Below are positions 9,394-19,482 of a stretch of DNA of 61,631 bases, piece after piece. Under the pieces are notes generated by a model that was not told the DNA's origin, did no database searches, and saw only the letters and a program-made list of their open reading frames with translations. Both the position numbers and the translations under genes were made by a program. The DNA is from Candidatus Bathyarchaeia archaeon (lineage in GTDB: Archaea; Thermoproteota; Bathyarchaeia; Bathyarchaeales; Bathycorpusculaceae). Position 1 is the first letter of the stretch, and every line of letters begins with the position of its first letter. The stretch covers positions 1 to 61,631 of the forward strand of contig JBEKKX010000014.1 in NCBI GenBank assembly GCA_050010515.1. The letters are read 5' to 3'.

Positions 9394-10455
9394 TTAAGGT
9401 TTTTGTCCGTTTTTGTCAACGCTTTCTTGGCTCGCTTCGCCCAATCCCCTACCCGTGAAATGAATAAAAACGTCATCCAAAGTGGGCTTCATTAGATTGA
9501 TGCTTCTTATTTCAACTCCTTCAGTTCTTAGGATGTCAATTAGTTTCGGTATCAAATGTGCGTTCTCTTTGAGATGAATAATCAATCCTTCAGACGAGCT
9601 TCTAATTTGGTTTACGTCAGGTACGTCTTTGATCAGTTGAGTAGCTTTCTCGTCATTGTCCGTTTGGAGATGGATTCGGTCTTGTCCAAGAGAGTTCTTT
9701 AGGCTCTCGGATGAACCGTTTGCTATTATCTTTCCTTTATCAATTATGCAAATGGTATCGCTGTTTTGGTCTGCTTCCTCCATATAATGAGTGGTAAGGA
9801 ATATCGTGACGCCTTCCGCGTTTACCTTTTTTATGTATGACCAGATTCGCCTTCTTGTTTGAGTGTCCAAACCTATTGTCGGTTCGTCGAGAAACAGAAT
9901 TTTTGGTCTTGTTAGAAGACCCCTGGCGATTTCGAGACGACGCTTCATACCACCGCTGAGGTTCTTAACAAACTCATTCCTCTTGTCCGTCAATTCGACC
10001 AGCTCAATGAGTTCATCTGTTCGAGGTCCTCGGACATTTTTTGGAAGGGAATATATTCTTCCATGAAAATCCAGCGTTTCCCACACGGTAAGGTCCCTAT
10101 CGAGCCTTTGGTCTTGAAAAACAACTCCTATGGATCTGCGAACACTATCCTGTTCCTTTGTTACATCAAACCCTGCGATTGTTACCTTGCCTTTCTGTAT
10201 CGGTATCAAGGTTATTAGCAAATTTATGGTAGTTGTTTTTCCGGCGCCGTTTGGTCCCAGAAACGAGAAGATCTGCCCTTTTTCAACATTGAAACTTATG
10301 TTGTCAACTGCTCTCAGTTTTCCATAACTGTGACTGAGCCCCTCAACGGACACTGCATATTCTTTCACGTATTTCCAACGCCTTGCCAAGCAATTTGTTT
10401 TCGCACCTGTTCTTCGCAGCCCTTTTCGTAATGGGCGGATTATCCAACCAATCAC
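9394..10455 (-). CDS. ABC transporter ATP-binding protein (DrrA-like); true start probably GTG ~10368
   Basis: GPNGAGKTT, LSGGMKRR, LDEPT, TTHYMEEA, PTLDDVF. Confidence 0.92.
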   Translation of the reverse strand: MIGWIIRPLRKGLRRTGAKTNCLARRWKYVKEYAVSVEGLSHSYGKLRAVDNISFNVEKGQIFSFLGPNGAGKTTTINLLITLIPIQKGKVTIAGFDVTKEQDSVRRSIGVVFQDQRLDRDLTVWETLDFHGRIYSLPKNVRGPRTDELIELVELTDKRNEFVKNLSGGMKRRLEIARGLLTRPKILFLDEPTIGLDTQTRRRIWSYIKKVNAEGVTIFLTTHYMEEADQNSDTICIIDKGKIIANGSSESLKNSLGQDRIHLQTDNDEKATQLIKDVPDVNQIRSSSEGLIIHLKENAHLIPKLIDILRTEGVEIRSINLMKPTLDDVFIHFTGRGLGEASQESVDKNGQKP

Positions 10456-10724
10456 CTATTCAGTGCCTTTTTAAGTTTTCTCAAAAAGATTAGTGCACTG
10501 GCTTGCCCCTTAACTGGTGTAAAGCAGCTATAATTCTTATTTTCGAATTTGGAGACAGATTAGGCGTACAGTACCCCCTTGTTGCTTTGCAATATCTGCC
10601 CTTCCACAGTTTTGAGCCGCTTATCGTGCTGCCTCGAAATTGAATTGTCGGGCAAAGGATAGTTTTAAATTGCCAGTCGCGGTTATCGGAGGGATACTCC
10701 ATCCATAAGGAATCGTGAACTGTC

Positions 10725-11357
10725 ATGGCAAAAAATAACAAGATGAGATCGCTTGATTTTCTTAGAAAGCAGGCGTTAGAATTGGGTGCTGTAGCCGCAA
10801 AGATAATCCCCGTTGAAAAAATTGTGATTGAAGACCGCGTTGTCCTCAAATGCAAGCTTGGCTGCGAAAAATATGGAAAGACGTTGGCTTGCCCCCCTTA
10901 TGCTCCTACGCCAAGGGAGTTTCGAAAAATCGTTAGCGAATATCGCTATGCCTTGTTCATGAAATTTAAATCACAAGCCGAGGGAGACGCAGAACTGATA
11001 AAGTATCTTACAAAAACAAATGATCCCACTGTTCCCCAAGAAATGAAGGCAAAAGTGGAAAGCTTTTGGTCTGCCTGGAAGGATGATGTGAAAAAATTGC
11101 TTAGCACAGTCATAGAGCTCGAAAAAGCGGCTGAGGGAAGAGGGTATCTTCTTGCCATTGGGCTCGTCTCTGGGTCTTGTCAGTTGTGTGAAAAATGCAA
11201 CTTGGAAAAAGGACTTTGCGTACATCCCACAATGAAACGATATTCCGAAGAAGGAGTCGGAGTTAACGTCAAAGCGACCGCGGAAAAAGCCGGCTTAAAA
11301 TTTACTTTACCCTTTGAGAAAAACCCTGAAACCTTCGCTCTGCTCTTAATCGATTAG
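10725..11357 (+). CDS. DUF2284 family Cys-rich metal-binding protein
   Basis: KCxxGCxxYGxxxxCPP, GSCxLCxxC, CxHP, SxEGVGVNV. Confidence 0.85.
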   Translation: MAKNNKMRSLDFLRKQALELGAVAAKIIPVEKIVIEDRVVLKCKLGCEKYGKTLACPPYAPTPREFRKIVSEYRYALFMKFKSQAEGDAELIKYLTKTNDPTVPQEMKAKVESFWSAWKDDVKKLLSTVIELEKAAEGRGYLLAIGLVSGSCQLCEKCNLEKGLCVHPTMKRYSEEGVGVNVKATAEKAGLKFTLPFEKNPETFALLLID

Positions 11358-11710
11358 CTTGTCCGAGAATTTCATCTTTTGTAGAATGTGTGGAAATGAA
11401 TGTTTTTGAAACAATTTAAAAAATAAGGTCTGTCCAAGTATGAACCCAAAACCGTGCATGCTAGTTTAGTGTCAACAAGACCATACAAGGTTGAAAAGCG
11501 CAAATTTGCCTCCAAATCAAAAAATAAATGCAAATTAATTTCGGCTCCTTGATAGTAATCTTCTGGAGCTAATAGATTCGATATGAGTCTTTTGATATTT
11601 GAGCAGGGTATTGAACATCTGTAATGAGTTCTGCAACTTAGTTACTCAACCTGATATTAACTTAAGTTGAAACAAAGCTTATATAGCGAGCTGGATAATC
11701 CATCCAAATA

Positions 11711-11757
11711 GAAAGGGGATAAAAAAAAGGGGATAAAAGAAAGGGGATAAAAGAAAG
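11711..11757 (+). repeat. 14-bp tandem repeat (x3.4) directly before the btuF start codon
   Basis: gaaaggggataaaa / aaaaggggataaaa / gaaaggggataaaa / gaaag-ATG. Confidence 0.85.
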
Positions 11758-12738
11758 ATGAAAAACAAATATGTTATTTATATTGCTACCATTATAGCCA
11801 TCGCCTCAATTGCTTCTGCCGCTTTCATATACGTTAGTTATTCAGCCCAGAATGCTACCCTGAGATCTCAAAATTCCAATATCACGTTGGTAGATGATGA
11901 AGGTTACGTAACCACTTTAACCTCTATTCCTCAGAGAATTGTCTCGCTAGCGCCGAGTTGTACGCAAATCTTGTTTGCTATAGGCGTGGGCGATAAAGTT
12001 GTGGGCGTGACAACCTATGACGATTACCCATACAATTTCTCAGCGTGGGTCGCAGCTGGCAACATGACATATGACGGAGGCTATGGAACCCCCAACATGG
12101 AAGCCATTGCTTCGCTCCATCCCGATTTAATACTCTCAGATAACCTCAACGATGCTAGCCTCCCAAGCATGAGAGCATTAGGATACAAAGTACTCGTGCT
12201 TAACCCAGCCACCATCGCCGGCATTTACCAAGATATAGCGCTCGTAGGCAGGGCAACAGGCGCCGAAACTCAGGCAACCGCGGTGATTGAAAACATAACC
12301 AGCAGCATTAACGCGATAACCGCGAAAATCGCAGCCGCAAACATCACAGTTCCACAGACAGTTTACTATGAAATTTGGTCCAATCCTCTCATGAGCGCGG
12401 GCTCAACCACTTGGATAAATAATGTTATAACCGATGCTGGAGGCGTCAACATTTTCGAAAATGTATCCACACAGTACCCAGTTATTTCCTCTGAAACCGT
12501 GGTCTCACTTGACCCTGACGTAATAATTTTGCCCACGGAAATGGGGGTCACCCCGTTCTATGGAAGCGTCGCCCAAGTGGAAGCAACACCAGGATGGAAC
12601 GTAATCAGCGCCGTCCAAAACAACCGAGTCTATGTAATCAATGGAGATGTGTTTGCTGAACCCGGTCCAAGAGTAGCCGACCAAGTGTATACTGTCGCTG
12701 CTTGCCTGTACCCACAACTTTTTAACTCAACCTCCTAA
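11758..12738 (+). CDS. btuF: Cobalamin/Fe-siderophore ABC substrate-binding protein
   Basis: PQRIVSLAPSCTQILFAIG, DYP, PNMEAI, PGPR; N-terminal membrane anchor. Confidence 0.85.
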   Translation: MKNKYVIYIATIIAIASIASAAFIYVSYSAQNATLRSQNSNITLVDDEGYVTTLTSIPQRIVSLAPSCTQILFAIGVGDKVVGVTTYDDYPYNFSAWVAAGNMTYDGGYGTPNMEAIASLHPDLILSDNLNDASLPSMRALGYKVLVLNPATIAGIYQDIALVGRATGAETQATAVIENITSSINAITAKIAAANITVPQTVYYEIWSNPLMSAGSTTWINNVITDAGGVNIFENVSTQYPVISSETVVSLDPDVIILPTEMGVTPFYGSVAQVEATPGWNVISAVQNNRVYVINGDVFAEPGPRVADQVYTVAACLYPQLFNSTS

Positions 12739-12761
12739 CCTTTTTTTGCTGTGCTAAAAAT

Positions 12762-13841
12762 ATGGCTACCGACAAAATCGAATACAATTACTCACGACGT
12801 TCTTCACGATGGAAACTAATCTTAGCCCTATTAATAGTGGCTCTAGTTGTAACCATAATTATATCTCTCAACATCGGGTACGCTAACATTTCCTTATCAG
12901 AAATCTTGGACATATTGGGCAAACAAATCCCCTTCTTAAGCGGCTCAATCAATTCAGCCTCAATATCCCCAATTAATGAAGCAATAATTTTCCAAATCCG
13001 TTTACCACGCGTGCTCGCAGGGGCTCTAGTCGGCGCTGGATTAGCAGCAGCAGGCGTAATTTACCAAGGCATCTTCAGGAATCCCATGGCAGACTCCTAC
13101 GTGCTAGGCGCATCCGCAGGCGCGTCGGTAGGCTACACCGTTGCCGTCCTATACGTCACTTCAGCGCTAACACTCATAGGCTTGGGAACAGCGCAAATTT
13201 TCGCTTTCATATTCGCCGTTTTAACTGTGTTTGTGGTGTATTTCATTTCAAGAGTTGGAAACAAAGTCCCGATAAGCACGCTGCTGCTTTCTGGCATAGT
13301 CGTAAACATCTTCCTGCTATCGATTGAAACGCTTATGGAACTTCGCTCCGGCCAAGCCCTCTCAGGTATAGTGGCTTGGCTTGCAGGCGGATTCTCCAAC
13401 ATCGTGTGGGAGGACGTCTGGGGAATACTGCCTTTCGTTCTCATCGGTATCGCGCTTACCTATTTTTTCACCCGCGACCTAAACATGCTCTCTATGGGTG
13501 ATGAAACTGCACAACATCTTGGCGTAAACACCGAAGGAGTCCGCCGAATCCTCCTTGTCATAGGTTCCTTGATAACGGCAGCATGCGTTTGCATCAGTGG
13601 CGTAATAGGCTTTGTAGGTTTGATAATTCCCCACATGACCCGACTCGTCATTGGACCTGACCACCGAATTCTTTTGCCTGCTTCCGCAATCGTAGGAGCA
13701 ATATTCTTGGTGCTTTGTGACGCCGTTGCACGCATTGCCACCGGCGCTTCTGAGCTGCCAGTCGGTGTCATAACTGCCCTTGTGGGCACGCCTTTCTTCA
13801 TATACCTGCTTAGAAGGAGAAAAACGAGCTATTCGCTTTGA
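12762..13841 (+). CDS. btuC: FecCD/BtuC-family ABC permease
   Basis: IRLPR, RNPMAD, GVIGFVGLIIPH, ELPVG motifs. Confidence 0.88.
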   Translation: MATDKIEYNYSRRSSRWKLILALLIVALVVTIIISLNIGYANISLSEILDILGKQIPFLSGSINSASISPINEAIIFQIRLPRVLAGALVGAGLAAAGVIYQGIFRNPMADSYVLGASAGASVGYTVAVLYVTSALTLIGLGTAQIFAFIFAVLTVFVVYFISRVGNKVPISTLLLSGIVVNIFLLSIETLMELRSGQALSGIVAWLAGGFSNIVWEDVWGILPFVLIGIALTYFFTRDLNMLSMGDETAQHLGVNTEGVRRILLVIGSLITAACVCISGVIGFVGLIIPHMTRLVIGPDHRILLPASAIVGAIFLVLCDAVARIATGASELPVGVITALVGTPFFIYLLRRRKTSYSL

Positions 13842-13856
13842 GGTGACTGCTAAAAC

Positions 13857-15179
13857 ATGGTTTTGTTAAATGTCAACGGCGTCGAATGCCGGTACGGCTC
13901 AATCAAAATCTTAGAAAACGTGAGCCTATCAGTGAAGGAAGGTGACTTCGTGGGAATTATTGGACCAAACGGGTCAGGAAAAACCACGCTTCTTAAAAGC
14001 ATAAGCCGAACACTCAAACCCCACTTAGGCACCATCCTGCTAGACGATAAGGACATTTACTCTCTCAAGAGTGTGGATGTGGCAAAGCAAATGGCAGTGG
14101 TTCCACAGGACAACACCATCAGCTTCAGCTTCACAGCGTTAGAGGTTGTTTTGATGGGGCGCAGTCCACATCTGTCAAGGTTCCAGATGGAAACTGAAAG
14201 TGACATGGCTATTGCGCGAAAAGCGATGGATTTGACGAATACGTGGCAGCTGGCGGCAAGACCCGTAAACGAGTTAAGCGGAGGCGAAAGGCAACGGGTG
14301 ATTATTGCGCGTGCATTAGCGCAGAAACCTAAAATTTTGCTGCTGGATGAACCGCTTACCTATCTGGACATTGTCAATCAGCTGGAAATCATGGACCTGG
14401 TGAAGTCGCTTTGTGTAAAAGAGGGCATTATTGTTATGACCGCTATCCACGACCTCAATTTGGCTGCCCGCTACTGCAGTACTGCCATACTGCTCAAGAA
14501 CGGGAAGATTTTTTCGGCTGGACGCATAGATGAAGTTCTGACCAGTGAAAACATCAAAAGCGTGTTTAAAGTAGACGCTATAGTGAAAAAGAATCTTGTC
14601 ACAAACTCTCTCTACGTTATTCCGTTGTCACCTCCAAAGTCTTCACCAATAAAAAACTGCGCGATTCATTTGATTTGCGGAGCTGGCACTGGAACCGCAC
14701 TCATGAAGATTCTCTTGGAAGAAGGTTACAGCGTCACGACTGGAGTGCTCAACGTGTTGGACACCGATTTTGAGACCGCAGAATTACTGAATATACCGGT
14801 CACCAGTGAAGCGCCGTTTTCTCCCATAACCGAAAAAACTCGGAAAGCTAACTTAGCCATGATCAATAAGGCGAGCACCGTTGTGGTGACTTCGGTTCCG
14901 TTTGGCCACGGTAACCTGCAGAATCTTGAGGCAGCGAAGGAAGCCCTGAAAAAAGGCATTCCGCTTTTCGTCATTGACGAGGTGCCTATTGAAAGCAGAG
15001 ATTTCACTCAGGGACAAGCAACAGCGTTGTTTGGGGATTTGAAAAATATGGGTGCAGTTTTCGTTAAGAACCAAGATGAGCTTTTGCACATGCTTAACGT
15101 GTCAGAGGAAAAGTTGAAAATGGCAAAGAATGTTCCGCCAAGTATTGTTGATCACCTAAAAGCTAGGGGGGCTTCTTAG
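13857..15179 (+). CDS. btuD: BtuD/FecE-family ABC ATPase with ~170-aa C-terminal extension
   Basis: GPNGSGKT, LSGGERQ, LDEP, HDLN; extra domain HLICGAGTG...EAPFSPI. Confidence 0.85.
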   Translation: MVLLNVNGVECRYGSIKILENVSLSVKEGDFVGIIGPNGSGKTTLLKSISRTLKPHLGTILLDDKDIYSLKSVDVAKQMAVVPQDNTISFSFTALEVVLMGRSPHLSRFQMETESDMAIARKAMDLTNTWQLAARPVNELSGGERQRVIIARALAQKPKILLLDEPLTYLDIVNQLEIMDLVKSLCVKEGIIVMTAIHDLNLAARYCSTAILLKNGKIFSAGRIDEVLTSENIKSVFKVDAIVKKNLVTNSLYVIPLSPPKSSPIKNCAIHLICGAGTGTALMKILLEEGYSVTTGVLNVLDTDFETAELLNIPVTSEAPFSPITEKTRKANLAMINKASTVVVTSVPFGHGNLQNLEAAKEALKKGIPLFVIDEVPIESRDFTQGQATALFGDLKNMGAVFVKNQDELLHMLNVSEEKLKMAKNVPPSIVDHLKARGAS

Positions 15180-15273
15180 GCAAGCCAGATAGCTGATAAA
15201 AGCGAAACGGGGAAAAGAAAATGGACTTGATCATCGACGGCGGGAAATATGGGTACAACGCAACGACATAGCG

Positions 15274-16050
15274 ATGGAGAGAAATTTAATGAAAGAAAGT
15301 ATTACAAAATTTAAAGAAAATAAGATAAACCTCGAATTAAAAGGAATAGATGCAAGAGTGATTTACCACACATATAACGGTGTTGAGCTTAACACTACGC
15401 TTGTCTCTTTTGGAGAAAAGCGTAAAGTACTCTCAACATTGGATGGGGTTAAACATGTTAAGTTTGTCGCGAATACGTATGTTCCAATGTCCTTATCAAA
15501 TAGCATTATGACATTAAAAAAATATCAGAAGTTTATAAGACGATTACCCGCCACTTTAGGAATTCATCCTAAAGACATTACTTTTATGAGTACTGGCGTC
15601 GACATGGAAAAAGTGGCTGTCTGTGAGAAGTCTTATCAAGAGTTTAAGGTATGTTGTCTTGCCACTGGAGGCGCTAGGAACAACGCTTTGAGAATGGGCG
15701 TGGATGTTGGGAACTGGGTTGAGAAAAAAACGAGTTTTCAATTTGCGTCTGGTACAATAAATATTGTTATTCTGACGAATGTCGTTTTAACTGGTGGTGC
15801 TATGGCTCGAGCTATCATGACAGCTACAGAGGCTAAGACTGCTGCTCTTCAGGATAGAGATGTGAGAAGCACAGTGTCTCCTCAAATACAAGCAACCGGC
15901 ACTGGGACTGATAGCATGATTGTTGTTTCTGGAGTAGACGCTGGTATGATAATTCGACATACTGGTGGGCATACAAAAATGGGTGAATTAATAGCTGTCT
16001 CAACTAAGATAGCAGTGGGCGAAGCGCTGAAGAAATATGATGGTCCCTAA
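15274..16050 (+). CDS. cbiZ: Adenosylcobinamide amidohydrolase
   Basis: TGVDM, GTINI, TATEAKTAALQD, ATGTGTD, GGHTKMG; downstream of btuFCD. Confidence 0.88.
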   Translation: MERNLMKESITKFKENKINLELKGIDARVIYHTYNGVELNTTLVSFGEKRKVLSTLDGVKHVKFVANTYVPMSLSNSIMTLKKYQKFIRRLPATLGIHPKDITFMSTGVDMEKVAVCEKSYQEFKVCCLATGGARNNALRMGVDVGNWVEKKTSFQFASGTINIVILTNVVLTGGAMARAIMTATEAKTAALQDRDVRSTVSPQIQATGTGTDSMIVVSGVDAGMIIRHTGGHTKMGELIAVSTKIAVGEALKKYDGP

Positions 16051-16561
16051 AGAGAATGAATAATGGATACCTGCTACTCGACTTAGCCTTCGACACGCCA
16101 GCTTGTAGAAACCTTGGTTGTGTTAATTTCGATATTCTATCCCGCAACAATTATGTAGATTCCAATTGCAGTCCGACAAGCGCCGCCCCAACCAGCAGAG
16201 GCTAAATGTCAGTCATGTGAAACTTATCAACCTGCGCAGTTCACAAATTAGCTTTACGCCTGTCCTTTGAGCTTTGGTGCATTAATAGCCAAATTCCACA
16301 AATCAGAAACGATTGTACCTACGAACTCTGAAGAAGAAACAGAAGAATCCAACGAGGATTATCCTAACGCCAACAAGAACCCAACTTATAACACCCAAAA
16401 CAAAACCGCTCGTCAACCGACTAATATACCAGAACCGTCAGAGCGGGTCAGCTATAAAATTAGTGAGAAACTTGCAACTAGCCTTAGCTCTATTTATGGT
16501 CTAGAGAAAGAGAGAGATATCACGCAAAACAAAACAAATAAGCGATTAATGAGTATTATAA

Positions 16562-16750
16562 TTGACCAAATTGAGAGAACTAAAAGAAATATCAAAAGAC
16601 TTGGACGCTATTCAAGATGAAATGAAGAAATGGATTCTCAATTTAGGAAGAGAATCGGCAAGAGCAGAGTGGGATAAATTGATAAAGAAAGAGGTCGAGT
16701 TAGAAAGAGAATTTGATAAATCTTTAGACGAAAAATATAAAATGAAATGA
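16562..16750 (+). CDS. Small charged helical hypothetical protein
   Basis: 62-aa coiled-coil-like ORF with protein-like composition. Confidence 0.45.
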   Translation: MTKLRELKEISKDLDAIQDEMKKWILNLGRESARAEWDKLIKKEVELEREFDKSLDEKYKMK

Positions 16751-16817
16751 CGTGGATAAACTTCAATCCACCCAAAAACCTTCTGAATATAAAAGCGCCT
16801 TTAGGGCGAACGACTTT

Positions 16818-17007
16818 TCATTTATCGTACCAGTAGATAGAAAACTTACAAGTCGTATTCTTGCATTCAAGAACTTGCGTAAGCACGTCAGTTATCTCTT
16901 CATCTTCCTTTGGTTTGTCTATTGACCAAAAAAGGGTGAGCGCTGTCGGGTCTCGTAACTTGAAGTGGGCTCTTACATTTGGGGCATCGAACAACCACTT
17001 TTCCCAT
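16818..17007 (-). pseudogene. Small zinc-finger protein split by a +1 frameshift in a T6 run
   Basis: MGKVVVRCPKCKSPLQVTRPDSAHPF // WSIDKPKEDEEITDVLTQVLECKNTTCKFSIYWYDK*; removing one base from the A6 run at 16928-16933 joins the frames. Confidence 0.65.
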
Positions 17008-17165
17008 ACATATAGGCTATCCCGAAGTAGATTTGTCGACCTGCACATTTATTCTTTTGGAAGGTTTGAATGCTTGCTTGCTTTTCGGGAAGGCCCTTAC
17101 CGCGCTCGCTCAAAAAGCTAGTATCTGCTGGTGTTCTGTCAGAGCGCGTTATGGAAATTCGTCTT

Positions 17166-18356
17166 TTACGTTTTTGCTCTAATGACACCAGCAATCTTAT
17201 TCAGTTCGTCTAGCACGTTCTGCTTGATCTTTTGATGCACTAGGTAAACAGCGATTGCATAGCCCTCTCCTATTTGCCTTGACGGATTCTCCCTTATGTT
17301 AACGCCGTAATCTGCAAGCACCTTGTCGATTTTGGCAAACATTCCTGGCTTGTCCATGTGATAAATAAACAGAGGGTAAAACAGTCTCTCTTCTAACTCG
17401 ATGTTTTCCCCTACGTTAACAGCGTTAGAGAAATTCCCATACACCAGATAATCAATGACGACTCGCGCCATCTCTATTGAAGTTTTCTGCTGTGCCTCCA
17501 CGGTTGATGCCCCCAAATGTGGGGTCATAACAACATTATCCAGTTCCCTTAATTTGCTTCTGAACTCGGCCCCTTCCTCCGTGGGCTCATCCTCGTAAAC
17601 GTCAAGACCAGCCCCAGCCAAGCTCCCAGCTATCAACGCTTCATGCAACGCCGTCTCATCCACGTTGCGCCCACGAGCGGTACTAATCAAGTAAGCAGTC
17701 GGCTTCATCAAAAACAACTCCTTTCTTCCAATCACAGTCTCCTTTCCACTTGAATTCACGCTAACGTAATCAGCACTGGAAAGAACCTCCTCCTTCGACA
17801 CATACTGTATCTTGGAACTCGAAACCACAACCGGATCATACCCTATCACGTTCATGTTAAACCCTACCACAAGCTCGCTAAGCCTCTGCCCGATTCGTCC
17901 ACACCCCAAAATTCCCAACGTCTTCCCAGAAAGCTCACACCCCTCGAAACCCTTCTTTCGCCACACGCCCTGCCTCAGAGAATCATGTCCAGCCACCACA
18001 TTCCTTGAAACAGCCAAAATCAAAGTCAAAGCTAACTCTGCCGTCGCATTAGTATTCCCATACGGCGCAGACTTAACCACAACACCATTCTCAGTCGCAG
18101 CAGCCACATCGATATTATCAGTACCCACACCAGCCCTACCAACAATCTTTAGCCTACCCCGAACGCCTGACTCGATAACCTCTCGCGTGACGGCAGTTGC
18201 ACTCCGCACGACCAAAGCATCAAAATCCCCCACTTGTGTAACCAGGGCCTTAGCATCCCTCCTCTTACAGTCTACATCGATTCCAGCAGCTTCAAACAAC
18301 TTCATGCCTTCCTTACTTAAACCATCATTCACCAATACTTTCAAGTCAGATCGCAC
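17166..18356 (-). CDS. serA: D-3-phosphoglycerate dehydrogenase with C-terminal ACT domain
   Basis: RAGVGTDNID, GCGRIG, TARG, DVYEDEP, TPHLGAST, HMDKPG ACT. Confidence 0.9.
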   Translation of the reverse strand: MRSDLKVLVNDGLSKEGMKLFEAAGIDVDCKRRDAKALVTQVGDFDALVVRSATAVTREVIESGVRGRLKIVGRAGVGTDNIDVAAATENGVVVKSAPYGNTNATAELALTLILAVSRNVVAGHDSLRQGVWRKKGFEGCELSGKTLGILGCGRIGQRLSELVVGFNMNVIGYDPVVVSSSKIQYVSKEEVLSSADYVSVNSSGKETVIGRKELFLMKPTAYLISTARGRNVDETALHEALIAGSLAGAGLDVYEDEPTEEGAEFRSKLRELDNVVMTPHLGASTVEAQQKTSIEMARVVIDYLVYGNFSNAVNVGENIELEERLFYPLFIYHMDKPGMFAKIDKVLADYGVNIRENPSRQIGEGYAIAVYLVHQKIKQNVLDELNKIAGVIRAKT

Positions 18357-18388
18357 CCTTCACTCAATATTCTTTCTATTATGTCTCT

Positions 18389-18540
18389 TTAAGTTATTAT
18401 GCCTAAAGGTTCAAAGTCTCTGGCAACTATAACAGCGCCAATATTCTGTTCTGAAATAATTTTGGCAACATCGGAGACATGTGTTGAGAGAAGAACTGTG
18501 AGCACAGGTGCTCTAGCTATTGACCCACCGTCACTGTTGA
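18389..18540 (-). pseudogene. Truncated CBS-domain gene remnant
   Basis: PVLTV...VSDVAKIISEQNIGAVIVARDFEPLGIIT* stops mid-CBS motif (normally GIITERD). Confidence 0.6.
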
Positions 18541-18942
18541 TATGTCGAAAGCGCGTGCGCCTATTCGGTTCTCGGCAAGCTAATCGACAAATTGCGGTTT
18601 CACAAAGTGCTTGATAAGAGCTTTGAAGTAGGTTTGAAAAAACTGAAAGATATGATGGAGAAATAGAGACTTCTCTAGATTCGCCATTGTTCAGGTGTTT
18701 TGGAGTAACTACTAAAATAAACATTAACTTAATTTGGGGACAAGCCAGCGCGCTTTTTGCGGTTTTGAAAATAATATTCCGCCAATAGACCCTTCCTAGT
18801 TTTAAAACAATCGATTGATATTACAAAATGTGGAGGAAGGCATTTAGTACCAAGTCTTCCTCACTAGAAGGTAAACTGCGTCCATGAAAACCCCTAAAAT
18901 CTACCTCATGTTACGTTTTCCAAACAGTGCTGGCTTGCTTTT

Positions 18943-19119
18943 TTATTCGGAACGATTTAGAATAAGCGGTTTCGATGCTTCCTTCTTTGATGCTTTCTTT
19001 ACTTCAATTTCGTCGTAATCTTGGGTGTATTGGTTTTTTTCGGAAAGCTGATATTCCATAAAAACGAAGTGAGTATCTCCATCGTTACAATTAACTCTAA
19101 CTACACGTAAGCTTTTCAT
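18943..19119 (-). CDS. Small hypothetical protein (58 aa, below ORF-track cutoff)
   Basis: MKSLRVVRVNCNDGDTHFVFMEYQLSEKNQ...; SD AAGGAG about 8 nt upstream of ATG. Confidence 0.55.
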   Translation of the reverse strand: MKSLRVVRVNCNDGDTHFVFMEYQLSEKNQYTQDYDEIEVKKASKKEASKPLILNRSE

Positions 19120-19482
19120 GGATTAGACTCCTTCAATTAATAGCTGCGATGGCGGGAATTAAGCGTGTTCGATTTTTTCTTGGTCAATTTGCTTAAGCAA
19201 ACGGAGAGGATTACTGCAATTGTGTCAAGATGCTGTGGGTTTTCTCCCTTTTTAGGCTCGGTTTGGGGCATTACCTGAAATTTTGCTTATATGTGTGGTG
19301 CACAATAGCGATGCGCACGCTTAGGTTAACTCGTATTCTTTTCCTTGTTCGATCATTTGGATGTTGTTGCAGTGGGTTTTGAATAATCGTTGATTTTCTG
19401 TGTGAACTGGAAATGCTCTTTCAAATAAAGCACCAGCTAAATACACACAAAAATTTAATTAAAAAAGAGTATAAGCGGTTAA

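Noticed and set aside
10456-11757. Cobalamin riboswitch upstream of DUF2284 or btuF
   Set aside because: No B12-box or GGGAA...CCCC core found in either intergenic region
16267-16620. 117-aa ORF
   Set aside because: Low complexity, weak start, overlaps a more protein-like ORF; probably a remnant or spurious
17812-18432. 206-aa plus-strand ORF and similar long antisense ORFs elsewhere in the track
   Set aside because: Antisense shadows of well-supported genes such as serA, EF-2 and the P-type ATPase
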